This document shows, in pieces, positions 12,801 to 26,640 of a DNA stretch of 64,000 nt (its first letter is position 1; the number at the start of each line of letters is the position of its first letter). The position numbers were made by a program, and so were the translations under genes. The notes beneath the pieces were generated by a model. That model had not been told where the DNA came from. It was given only the letters and a program-made list of their open reading frames with translations, and searched no databases. Origin of the DNA: the human T2T-CHM13v2.0 reference genome, Homo sapiens. Location of the stretch: assembly GCF_009914755.1 (NCBI RefSeq), contig NC_060933.1, one strand, 5' to 3'.

Positions 12801-14600
12801 TAATACCATTCCATTCCATTCCATTCCATTCCATTCCAATCGAGTTGATTCCATTCCATTCCATTCCATTCCATTCCTTTCCATTCCATTCCAATCGATT
12901 TGATTCCATTCCATTCCATTCCATTCCACTCCATTCCAGTCCTTTCCTTTCCATTCCACTTGGGTTGATTCCATTCTATTCCTTTCCATTCCATTCCATT
13001 CCATTGCAATCGAGTTTATTCCATTCGAGTTGCATACATTGCATTCCATTCCATTCCATTCCATTGCACACGGGTTCATTCCATTCCATTCCATTAAATT
13101 CCATTCCATTCCATTTCATTCCATTCCATTCTATTCCGTACCATTCCATTCCATCCCATTCCATTCCATTCCATTCCATTCCATGCCATTACACTCGGGT
13201 TGATTCCATTCCTTTCCATTCCATTCCTGTTGAATCCATTCCATTCCATTCCATTCCATTCGAATCCATTCCATTGCACTCGGGTTGATTCCATTCCATT
13301 CCATTCCATTCCATTTCATTCCATTCCATTCCATTACATTCGGATTTATTCTATTCAATTCCCTTACACTCCATTACATTACATTCCATTCGGGATGTTT
13401 CCATTCCATTCCATTCCATTCCACTCCATTCCATTGCATCGGGTTGATTGTATTCCATTCCATTCCATTCCATTCCATTCTGGATGATTCCATTCCATTG
13501 CATTCCATTCCATTCCATTCCCCTGCACTCGGGTTGATTACATTCCATTCCATTCCCTTCCATTCCTTTCCATTCCATTCCACTCCATTGCAATCGAGTT
13601 GATTCCATTCCATTCCATTCCACTCCATTCCATTCCATTCCATTCCATTCCGGATGATTGCATTCCATGACATTCCATTCCATTCCGTTCCCCTGCACTC
13701 GGGTTGATTCCATTCCATTTCATTCCATTACATTCCGTTCCATTCCATTCCATTCCATTCTATTCGGGTAAATTCTATTCCATTCCATTCCATTCCATTC
13801 CATTCCGTTCCATTCCATTCCATTGCAATCTAGTTGATTCGACTCCATTCCATTCCATTCCATTGCATTCCAATCGATTTGATTCCATTCCATTCCATTC
13901 CATTCCAGTCCATTCCAGTCCTTTCCATTCCATTCCAGTGGGGTTGATTCCATTCTATTCCCTTCCATTCCATTCCATTCCATTGCAATCGAGTTGATAC
14001 CATTCCATTCCATTCCATTCCATTCCATTCCATTCCATTCCATTCCATTTCATTCCATTCCATTCTATTCCGTACCATTCCATTCTATCCCATTCCATTC
14101 CATTCCATTCCACGCCATTACACTCGGGTTGATTCCATTCCTTTCCATTCCATTCTTGTTGAATCCATTCCATTCCATTCCATTCCATTCGAATCCATTC
14201 CATTGCACTCGGTTTGATTCCATTCCATTGCATTCCATTCCATTCCATTTCATTCCATTCCCTTCCATTACATTGAGACTGATTCTATTCAATTCCCTTA
14301 CACTCCAATACATTCCATTCCATTCGGGATGTTTCCATTCCTTTCCATTCCATTCCATTCTATTCCATTCCGGATGATTCCATTCCATTGCATTCCATTC
14401 CATTCCATTCCATTCTATTCCATTCCGGATGATTCCATTCCATTGCATTCCATTCCATTCCATTCCCGTGCAGTCGGGTTGATTCCATTCCATTCCATTC
14501 CATTCCATTCCATTCCATTCCATTCCATTCCATTCCGTTCCATTCCATTCCATTCCATTCCATTCTATTCGGGTCAACTCCATTCCATTCCATTCCATTC
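9880..14600. repeat. ~1-kb higher-order tandem sub-array, about 5 units (A-B-A-A-B)
   Basis: The marker (T/C)TGTTGAATCC occurs at 10221, 11186, 12238, 13227 and 14156 (spacing 965, 1052, 989, 929). Each is preceded by CA(T/C)GCCATTACACTCGGG and followed by CATTCGAATCC. Confidence 0.8.
10382..10396. promoter_or_regulatory. HSE of separate origin, ATTCG-GGAAG-TTTCC
   Basis: aTTCg gGAAg tTTCc. Paralogous positions read ATTCG-GGATG-TTTCC (e.g. ~12400, ~13388), so one substitution created the match. Confidence 0.5.
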
Positions 14601-16060
14601 AAATTCCATTCCACTCCATTCCAATCGAGTTGATTCCATTCCATTCCTTTCCATTCCATTCCACTCCATTCCAGTCCTTTCCATTCCATTCCACTCGGGT
14701 TGATTCCATTTTATTCATTTCCATTCCATTCCATTCCATTGCAATCGAGTTGATTCCATTGTTTTGCATTCCATTCCATTCCATTCCATTCCGGATGATT
14801 CCATTCCATTGCATTCCATTCCATTCCATTCCCCTGCACTCGGGTTGATTCCATTCCATTCCACTCCATTCCGTTCCATTCCATTCCATTCCATTGTATT
14901 CGGGTTAATTCCATTCCATTCCATTCCATTCCATTCCATTCCATTCCATTCCATTCCATTCGAGTTGATTCCATTCCATTCCATTCCATACCATTCCATT
15001 CCATTCCATTCCATTCCATTCCATTCCGTTCCATTCCGTTCCATTCCGTTCCATTCCATTCCATTCCATTCCATTCCGGATGATTCCATTCCATTGAATT
15101 CCATTCCATTCCATTCCCCTGCACTTGGGTTGATTCCATTCCATTCCATTCCATTCCTTTCCGTTCCATTCCATTCCATTCCATTCCATTCTATTCGTGT
15201 TAATTCCATTCCATTCTATTACATTCCATTCCATTGAAATCGAGTTGATTCCATTCCATTCCATTCCATTCCATTCCATTGCATTCCGGATGATTCCATT
15301 CCATTGCATTCAATTCCATTCCATTCCCCTGCACTCGGGTTGATTACATTCCATTCCATTCCCTTCCATTCCTTTCCATTCCATTCCATTCCATTCTATT
15401 CGTGTTAATTCCATTCCATTCCACTCCATTCCATTCCATTCCATTCCATTCCATTCCATTCCATTGCAATCGAGTTGATTCCATTCCATTCCATTCCATT
15501 CCGTTCCGGATGATTCCATTCCATTGCATTGCAATCCATTCCATTCCCGTGCAGTCGGGTTGATTCCATTCCATTCCATTCCATTCCATTCCATTCCATT
15601 CCATTCCATTCCATTCCGTTCCATTCCTTTCCATTCCATTCCATTCTATTCGGGTAAATTCCATTCCATTCCATTCCATTCCATTCCATTCAAATTCCAT
15701 TGCACTCCATTCCAATCGAGTTGATTCCATTCCATTCCGTTCCATTCCATTCCACTCCATTCCAGTCCTTTCCATTCCATTCCCTCGGGTTGATTCCATT
15801 CTATTCATATACATTCCATTCCATTCCATTGCAATCGAGTTCATTGAATTGTTTTGCATTCCATTCCGTTCCATTCCATTCCGGATGATTCCATTCCATT
15901 GCATTCCATTCCATTCCATTCCTGTGCACTCGGGTTGATTCCATTCCATTCCACTCCATTCCATTCCATTCCATTCCATTCCATTGTATTCGGGTTACTT
16001 CCATTCCATTCCATTCCATTGCACTCCATTCCATTCCATTCCATTCCATTACAATCGAGA
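14420..16060. repeat. ~1.09-kb-offset duplication (14420-14960 / 15500-16060)
   Basis: Shared variants are CCCGTGCAGTCGGG (14465 / 15546), the +1 slip CATTCAAATTCC (~14596 / ~15687) and GTTTTGCATTCC (14761 / 15851). Confidence 0.75.
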
Positions 16061-19000
16061 TGATTCCATTCCATTCCATTCCATACCATTCCATTCCATT
16101 CCATTCCATTCCATTCCGTTACATTCCGTTCAATTCCATTCCATTCCATTCTATTCGGGTTAATTCCATTCCATTCCATTCCATTCCATTCTATTCGTGT
16201 TAATTCCATTCCAGTCTATTCCATTCCATTCCATTGAAATCGAGTTGATTCCATTCCATTCCATTCCATTCCATTCCGGATGATTCCATTCCATTGCATT
16301 CCATTCCATTCCATTCCCCTGCATTCGAGTTGATTCCATTCCATTCCATTCCATTCCATTCCATTCCATTCCGTTCCGTTCCATTCCATTCCATTCCATT
16401 CCATTCCATTGCAATCGAGTTGATTCCATTCCTTTCCTTTCCATTCCATTCCATTGCCTTGCATTCCACTCGGGTTGATTCCATTCCCTTCTTTCCACTC
16501 CGTTACATTCCCTTCCATTCCACTCGGAATGATTGATGCCATTCCATTCCATTGCATTTCATTCCATTGCAATCCATTCCAATCCATGCCGTTCCATTCC
16601 ATTCCACTCGAGTTGATTTCATTCCATTCCATTCCATTCCATTCCATTCCTTTCCACTCGAGTTGATTCCATTCCATGCCATTCCATTGCATTCCATTCC
16701 ATGCCATTCCACTCGGGTTGATTCCATTCCATTCCATTCCATTCCATTCCATTCCATTCCATTGCATTCCATTCCATTCCATTCCCCTGCACTCGGGTTT
16801 CTTCCATTCCATTCCATTCCATTTAATTCCATTCCATTCCATTCCATTCCATTCCAATCCGTTCCATTCCATTCCATTCCATTCCATTGCAATCTACTTG
16901 ATTCCATTCCATTCCATTCCATTCCATTCCATTCCATTCCATTCCATTCCATTGCATTCCATGCGATTCCACTCGGGTTGATTCCATTCCTATCCATTCC
17001 ATTCGGGTTGAATCCATTCCACTCCATTCCATTCCATTCGAATCCATTCCATTGCACTCGGGTTGATTCCATTCCATTCCATTCGATTCCATTCCATTCC
17101 ATTCCATTCCATTCCATTTCATTACATTCAGATTGATTCTATTCAATTCCCTTACACTCCATTATATTCCAATCCATTCTGGTTGTTTCCATTCCATTCC
17201 ATTCCATTTCACTCCATTCCATTGCACTCGGTTTGATTCCATTCCATTCCATTCCATTCCATTCCGGATGATTCCATTCCATTGCATTCCGTTCCATTCC
17301 ATTCCCCTGCACTCTGGTTGATTCCATTCCATTCCATTCCACTCCATTTGGTTCCGTTCCATTCCATTCTATTGCATTCCATTCTATTCGGGTTAATTCC
17401 ATTCCATTCTATTCCATTCCATTCCATTGCAATGGAGTTGATTCCATTCCATTCCATTCCATTCCATTCCGGATGATTCCATTCCATTGCATTCCATTCC
17501 ATTCCATTCCATTCCATTCCGGATGATTCCATTCCATTGCATTCCATTCCATTCCATTCCCCTGCACTCGTGTTGATTCCATTCCCTTCCATTCCATTCC
17601 ATTCCGTTCCATTCCATTGCATTCCATTCTATTCCAGTTAATTCCATTCCATTCCACTCGATTGCAATCGAGTTGATTCCATTCCATTCCATTCCATTCC
17701 ATTCCATTCCTTTCCTTTCCATTCCATTACGGATGATTCCATTCCATTGCATTCCATTCCATTCCATTCAATTCCATTCCGTTCCATTCCATTCCATTAC
17801 ATTCGGATTGATTCAATTCAACTCCCTTACTCTCCATTACATTCCATTCCATTCGGGTTGTTCCATTCCATTCCATTCCATTCCACTCCATTCCATTGCA
17901 CTCGGGTTTATTCCATTCCATTCCATTCCATTCCATTCCGGAAGATTCCATTCCATTGCATTCCATTCCATTCCATTCCCCTGCATTCGCGTTGATTACA
18001 TTCCATTCCATTCCATTCCATTCTATTCCATTCCTTTCCGTTCCATTCCATTCCATTCCATTCCATTCCAATCCATTCCATTCCGTTCCGTTCCGTTCCA
18101 TTCCATTCCATTCCATTCTATTCGGGTTAATTCCATTCCATTCCATTCGATTGCCAACGAGTTGATTCCATTCCATTCCATTCCATTCCATTCCATTCCA
18201 CTCCTTTCCATTACATTACGGATGATTCCATTCCATTGCATTCCATTCCATTCCATTCCCCTGTACTCGGGTTGATTCCATTCCATTCCATTCCAATCCA
18301 TGCCATTCCACTCGTGTTGATTCCATTCTTTCCATTCCATTCATGTTGAATCCATTCCATTGCATTCCATTCCATTCCATTCCATTCCCCTGCAGTCGGG
18401 TTGTTTCCATTCCATTCCATTCCATTCCATTCCATTCCATTCCATTCCGTTCCGTTCCATTCCATTCCATTGCATTCTATTCGGGTTAATTCCATTCAAT
18501 TCCATTCCATTCCATTCCAATCGAGTTGATTCCATTCCATTCCATTCCATTCCATTCCACTCCATTCCAGTCCTTTCCATTCCATTCCACTCGGGTTGAT
18601 TCCAATGTATTCCTTTCCATTCCATTCCATTCCATTGCAATCGAGTTGATTCCATTGCTTTGCATTCCATTCCATTCCATTCCATTCCATTCCGGATGAT
18701 TCCATTCCATTGCATTCCATTCCATTCCATTCCCCTGCACTCGGGTTGATTCCATTCCATTCCTCTCCATTCCGTTCCATTCCATTCCATTGCATTGTAT
18801 TCAGGTTAATTCCATTCCATTCCATTCCATTCCATTACAATTGAGTTGATTCCATTCCATTCCATTCCATTCCAGTCCTTTCCATTCCATTCCACTCGGG
18901 TTGATTCCATTCTATTAGTTTCCATTCCATTCCATTCCGTTCCATTCCACTCTGGTTGATTCCATTCCTTTCCATTCCACTCGAATACATTCCCTCCTAT

Positions 19001-22000
19001 TCCACTCGGAACGATTCCATTCCATTCCATTCCATTCCATTCCATTCCATTCCATTCCATTTCGTTCCATTCCATTCTTTTCCGTATCATTCCATTCAAT
19101 TCCATTCCATTTCATTCCATTCCATTCCATTCCATTCCATTCCATTCCATTGTACTCGGGTTGATTCCATTCCATTGCATTCCATTCCATTCCATTCCAT
19201 TCCATTCCGTTGCATTCCATTCCATTACATTCAGATTGATTCTATTCAACTCCCTTACTGTCCATTACATTCCATTCCATTCGGGTTGTTCCATTCCATT
19301 CCATTCCATTCCACTCCATTCCATTGCACTCGGGTTGATTCCATTCCATTCCATTCCATTCCATTCCATTCCATTCCATTCCGGATGATTCCATTCCATT
19401 GCATTCCGTTCCATTACATTCCCCTGCACTCGCGTTGATTCCATTCCATTCCATTCCATTCTATTCAATTCCATTCCATTACAATTCGTTCCATTCCATT
19501 CTATTCCGTACCATTCCATTCCATTTCATACCATTCCATTCCATTCCATTCCATTCCATTCCATTCCATTCCATTCCGTTCCATTCCATTCCATTCTATT
19601 CGGGTTAATTCCATTCCATTCCATTCCATTCCATTCTTTTCCATTCCATTGCAATCGAGTTGAATCCATTGCATTTCATTCCATTCCATTCCATTCCATT
19701 CCATTCCGGAAGATTCCATTCCATTGCATTCCATTCCATTCCATTCCCCTGCACTCGCGTTGATTCCATTCCATTCCATTCCATTCCATTCCATTCCATT
19801 CCATTCCATTCCCTTCCGTTCCTTTCCATTCCATTCCATTCCATTCCATTCCGTTCCGTTCCATTCCATTCCATTCCATTCTATTCGGGTTAATTCCATT
19901 CCATTCCATTCGATTGCAATCGTGTTGATTCCATTCCATTCCATTCCATTCCATTCCATTCCATTCCCCTGTACTCGGGTTGAATCCATTCCATTGCATT
20001 CCAATCCATGCCCTTCCACTCGTGTTGATTCCATTCTTTCCATTCCATTCAAGTTGAATCCATTCCATTGCATTCCATTCCATTCGATTACATTCGATTG
20101 CACTCGGGTTGATTCCATTCCATTGCATTCTATTCCATTCCATTCCATTCCATTCCATTCCATTCCATTCCGTTCCATTCCATTCCATTACATTCGGATT
20201 GATTCTATTCAATTCCCTTACACTCCATTACATTCCATTCCATTCGGGTAGTTTCCACTCCATTCCATTCCATTCCTCTCCATTCCATTGCACTCGGGTT
20301 GATTCCATTCCATTGCATTCCATTCCATTCCATTCAATTCCATTCCGTTCCATTCTATTCCTTTACATTCGGATTGATTCTATTCAACTCCCTTACTCTC
20401 CATTACATTCCATTCCATTCGGGCTGTTCCATTCCATTCCATTCCATTCCACTCCATTCCATTGCACTCGGGTTTATTCCATTCCATTCCATTCCATTCC
20501 ATTCCATTCCATTCCGGAAGATTCCATTCCATTGCATTCCATTCCATTCCATTCCCCTGCACTCGCGTTGATTCCATTCCATTCCATACCATTCCATTCC
20601 ATTCCATTCCATTCCATTCCATTCCTTTCCGTTCCATTCCATTCCATTCCATTCCATTCCATTCCGTTCCATTCCGTTCCATTCCATTCCATTCCATTCT
20701 ATTCGGGTTAATTCCATTCCATTCCATTCGATTGCAATCGAGTTGATTCCATTCCATTCCATTCCATTCCATTCCATTCCATTCCATTCCTTTCCATTCC
20801 ATTACGGATGATTCCATTCCATTGCATTCCATTCCATTCCATTCCCCTGTACTCGGGTTCATTCCATTCCGTTCCATTCCAATCCATGCCATTTCACTCG
20901 TGTTGATTCCATTCTTTCCATTCCATTCAAGTTGAATCCATTCCATTGCATTCCATTCCATTCCATTCCATTTCGTTCCATTCCATTCTATTCCGTATCA
21001 TTCCATTCCATTCCATTCCATTCCATTCCATTCCATTCCATTCCACTCGTGTTGATTCCATTCCTTTCCATTCCATTCGGTTTGAAGGCATTCCATTCCA
21101 TTCCATTCCATTCCATTCCATTCCATTGTACTCGGGTTGATTGCATTCCATTGCATTGCATTACATTCCATTCCGTTGCATTCCATTCCATTACATTCGG
21201 AATGATTCTATTCAACTCCCTTATTCTCCATTACATTCCATTCCATTCGGGTTGTTCCATTCCATTCCATTCCATTCCACTCCATTCCATTGCACTCGGG
21301 TTGATTCCATTCCACTCCATTCCATTCCATTCCATTCCATTCCGGATGATTCCATTCCATTGCATTCCGTTCCATTACATTCCCCTGCACTCGCGTTGAT
21401 TCCATTCCATTCCATTCAATTCCATTCCATTACAATTCGTTACATTCCATTCTATTCCGTACCATTCCATTCCATTCCATACCATTCCATTCCATTCCAT
21501 TCCATTCCATTCCGTTCCATTCCGTTCCATTACATTCCATTCCATTCTATTCGGGTTAATTCTATTCCATTCCGTTCCATTCCATTCTATTCCATTCCAT
21601 TGCAATCGAGTTGAATCCATTGCATTTCATTCCATTCCATTCCATTCTATTCCATTGCGTTCCTTTCCATTCCATTCCATTCCATTCTATTCGGGTTAAT
21701 TCCATTCCATTCCATTCGATTGCAATCGAGTTGATTCCATTCCATTGCATTCCATTCCAATCGATTCCATTCGATTGCACTCGGGTTGATTCCATTCCAT
21801 TGCATTCCATTCCATTCCATTCCATTCCATTCCATTCCATTCCATTCAGTTCCATTCCTTTCCATTACATTCGGATTGATTCTATTCAATTCCCTTACAC
21901 TCCATTACATTCCATTCCATTCGGGTAGTTTCCAGTCCATTCCATTCCATTCCTCTCCATTCCATTGCACTCGGGTTGATTCCATTCCATTGCATTCCAT

Positions 22001-25000
22001 TCCATTCCATTCAATTCCATTCCGTTCCATTCCATTCCATTACATTCGGATTGATTCTATTCAACTCCCTTACTCTCCATTACATTACATTTCATTCGGG
22101 TTGTTACATTCCATTCCATTCCATTCCACTCCATTCCATTGCACTCGGGTTTATTCCATTCCATTCCATTCCATTCCATTCCGGAAGATTCCATTCCATT
22201 GCATTCCATTACATTCCATTCCCCTGCACTCGCGTTGATTCCATTCCATTCCATTCCATTCCATTCCATTCCGTTCCGTTCCGTTCCATTCATTTCCATT
22301 CCATTCCATTCCATTCCATTCCATTCCGTTCCGTTCCGTTCCGTTCCATTCCATTCCATTCCATTCTATTCGGGTTAATTCCATTCCATTCCATTCTGTT
22401 GTAATCCTGTTGATTCCATTCCATTCCATTCCATTCCATTCCATTCCATTCCATTCCATTCCATTCCTTTCCATTCCATTACGGATGATTCCATTCCATT
22501 GCATTCCATTCCATTCCATTCCCCTGTACTCGGGTTGATTCCATTCCATTGCATTCCAATCCATGCCCTTCCACTCGTGTTGATTCCATTCTTTCCATTC
22601 CATTCAAGTTGAATCCATTCCATTGCATTCCATTCCATTCGATTCCATTCGATTGCACTCGGGTTGATTCCATTCCATTGCATTCCATTCCAGTCCATTC
22701 CATTCCATTCCATTCCATTCCGTTCCATTCCTTTCCATTCCATTCGGATTGATTCTATTCAATTCCCTTACACTCCATTACATTCCATTCCATTCGGGTA
22801 GTTTCCATTCCATTCCATTCCATTCCTCTCCATTCCATTGCACTCGGGTTTATTCCATTCCATTGCATTCCATTCCATTCCATTCAATTCCATTCCGTTC
22901 CATTCCATTCCATTACATTCGGATTGATTCTATTCAACTCCCTTACTCTCCATTACATTCCATTCCATTCGGGTTGTTCCATTCCATTCCATTCCATTCC
23001 AGTCCATTCCATTGCACTCGGGTTGATTCCATTCCATTCCATTCCATTCCATTCCATTCCGGAACATTCCATTCCATTGCATTCCATTCCATTCCATTCC
23101 CCTGCACTCGCGTTGATTCCATTCCATTCCATTCCATTCCATTCCATTCCATTCCTTTCCGTTCCATTCCATTCCATTCCATTCCATTCCATTCCGTTCC
23201 GTTCCGTTCCGTTCCGTTCCATTCCATTCCATTCCATTCTATTCGGGTTAATTCCATTCCATTCCATTCGACTGCAATCGAGTTGATTCCATTCCATTCC
23301 ATTCCTTTCCATTCCATTCCATTCCATTCCTTTCCATTCCATTACGGATGATTCCATTCCATTGCATTCCATTCCATTCCATTCCATTCCATTCTATTCG
23401 GGTTAATTCCATTCCATTCCATTCCATTCCATTCCAATCGAGTTGATTCCATTCCATTCCATTCCATTCCATTCCACTCCATTCCAGTCCTTTCCATTCC
23501 ATTCCACTCGGGTTGATTCCAATGTATTCCTTTCCATTCCATTCCATTCCATTGCAATCGAATTGATTCCATTGCTTTGCATTCCATTCCATTCCATTCC
23601 ATTCCGGATGATTCCATTCCATTGCATTCCATTCCATTCCATTCCCCTGCACTCGGGTTGATTCCATTCCATTCAACTCCATTCCGTTCCATTCCATTCC
23701 ATTCCATTCCATTGTATTCGGGTTAATTCCATTCCATTCCATTCCATTCCATTCCATTCCATTCCATCACAATCGAGTTGGTTCCATTCCATTCCATTCC
23801 ATTCCATTCCATTCCATTCCGGATGATTCCATTCCATTACATTCCGTTCCATTACATTCCCCTGCACTCGGGTTGATTCCATTCCATTCCATTCCATTCC
23901 ATTCGATTCCATTCCATTCCAATTATTTCCATTCCATTCTATTCCGTACCATTCCATTCCATTCCATACCATTCCAGTCCATTCCATTCCATTCTATTCC
24001 ATTCCATTGCAATCGAGTTGAATCCATTGCATTCCATTCTATTTCATTCCATTCCATTCCGTTCCATTCCATTCCATTACATTCGGATTGATTCTATTCA
24101 ACTCCCTTACTCTCCATTACATTCCATTCCATTCGGGTTGTTTCTTTCCATTCCATTCCATTCCACTTCATTCCATTGCACTCAGGTTGATTCCATTCCA
24201 TTCCATTCCATTCCGGAAGATTCCATTCCATTGCATTCCATTACATTCCATTCCCCTGCACTCGCGTTGATTATATTCCATTCCATTCCATTCCATTCCA
24301 TTCCATTCCTTTCCGTTCCATTCCATTCCATTCCGTTCCGTTCCGTTCCAATCCATTCCATTCCATTCTATTCGGGTTAATTCCATTCCATTTCATTCGA
24401 TTGCAATCGAGTTGATTCCATTCCATTCCATTCCATTCCATTCCATTCCATTCCATTCCATTCCATTACGGATGATTCCATTCCATTGCATTCCATTCCA
24501 TTCCATTCCCCTGTATTCGGGTTGACTCCATTCCATTCCATTCCAATCCATGCCATTCCGCTCGTGTTGATTCAATTCTTTCCATTCCATTCAAGTTGAA
24601 TCCATTCCATTGCATTCCATTCCATTCGATTCCATTCGATTGCACTCGGGTTGATTCCATTCCATTGCATTCCATTCCATTCCATTTCATTACATTCCAT
24701 TCCTTTCCATTCCATTCCATTCAATTCAATTCCATTGCAATCGAGTTGATTCCATTCCATTCCTTTCCATTCCATTCCATTGCCTTGCATTCCACTCGGG
24801 TTGATTCCATTCCCTTCTTTCCACTCCATTACATTCCCTTCCATTTCACTCGCAATGATTGATTCCATTCCATTCCATTCCATTTCATTCCATTGCAATC
24901 CATTCCAATCCATTCCATTCCATTCCATTCCACTCGAGTTGATTTCATTCCATTCCATTCCATTCCATTCCATTCCATTCCACTCGAGTTGATTCCATTC

Positions 25001-25429
25001 CATGCCATTCCATTGCATTCCATTCCATGCCATTCCACTCGCGTTGATTCCATTCCATTCCATTCCATTCCATTCCAATCCATTGCATTCCATTCCATTC
25101 CATTCCCCTGCACTCTGGTTGATTCCATTCCATTCCATTCCATTTAATTCCATTCCATTCCATTCCATTCCATTCCATTCCAATCCGTTCCATTCCATTC
25201 CATTCCATTCTATTGCAATCGACTTGATTCCATTCCATTCCATTCCATTCCATTCCATTCCATTCCATTCCATTTTGTTCCAATCCATTCTATTCCGAAC
25301 CATTCCATTCCATTCCATTCCATTCCATTCCATTCCATTCCATGCCATTCCACTCGGTTTGATTCCAATCCTTTCCATTCCATTCCATTCCATTCCATTA
25401 CAATCGAGTTGATTCCATTCCATTCCATT

Positions 25430-26640
25430 CTATTCCAGTCCTTTCCATTCCATTCCACTCGGGTTGATTCCATTCTATTAGTTTCCATTCCATTCCATTC
25501 CCTTCCATTCCACTCTGGTTGATTCCATTCCTTTCCATTCCACTCGAATACATTCCCTCCTATTACACTCGGAACGATTCCATTCCATTCCATTCCATTC
25601 CATTCCATTCCATTCCATTTCGTTCCATTCCATTCTATTCCGTATCATTCCATTCCATTCCATTCCATTCCATTCCATTCCATTCCATTCCATTGTACTC
25701 GGGTTGATTCCATTCCATTGCAATCCATTCCATTCCATTCCATTCCATTCCATTCCATTCCATTCCATTCCATTCCGTTCCATTCCATTACATTCGGATT
25801 GATTCTTTTGAACTCCCTTACTCTCCATTACATTCCATTCCATTCGGATTGTTCCATTCCATTCCATTCCATTCCACTCCATTCCATTGCACTCGGGTTG
25901 ATTCCATTCCATTGCATTCCATTCCATTCCGGATGATTCCATTCCATTGCATTCCGTTCCATTACATTCCCCTGCACTCGGGTTGATTCCATTCCATTCC
26001 ATTCCATTGCATTCGATTCCATTCCATTCCCCTGCACTCGCGTTGATTCCATTCCATTCCATTCCATTCCATTCCTTTCCATTCCAGTCCTTTCCATTCC
26101 ATTCCACTCGGGTTGATTCCATTCTATTAGTTTCCATTCCATTCCATTCCCTTCCTTTCCACTCTGGTTGATTCCATTCCTTTCCATTCCACTCGAATAC
26201 ATTCCCTCCTATTCCACTCAGAACGACTCCATTCCATTCCATTCCATTCCATTCCATTCCATTCCATTTCTTTCCATTCCATTCTATTCCGTATCATTCC
26301 ATTCCATTCCATTCCATTCCATTCCATTCCATTCCATTCCATTGTACTCGGGTTGATTCCATTCCATTCCATTCCATTCCATTCCATTCCATTCCATTCC
26401 ATTCCATTCCGTTCCATTCCATTACATTCGGATTGATTCTTTTCAACTCCCTTACTCTCCATTACATTCCATTCCATTCGGATTCTTCCATTCCATTCCA
26501 TTCCATTCCACTCCATTCCATTGCACTCGGGTTGATTCCATTCCATTCCATTCCATTCCATTCCATTCCATTCCGGATGATTCCATTCCATTGCATTCCG
26601 TTCCGTTACATTCCCCTGCACTCGCGTTGATTCCATTCCA
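25430..26640. repeat. ~640-bp tandem duplication
   Basis: The CTCGAATACATTCCCTCC module is repeated at offset 649 (ORFs 25519 / 26168). The private variant TTCGGATT(G/C)TTCC is at 25843 / 26477 (offset 634), and both copies have GATTCTTTT. Confidence 0.75.
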
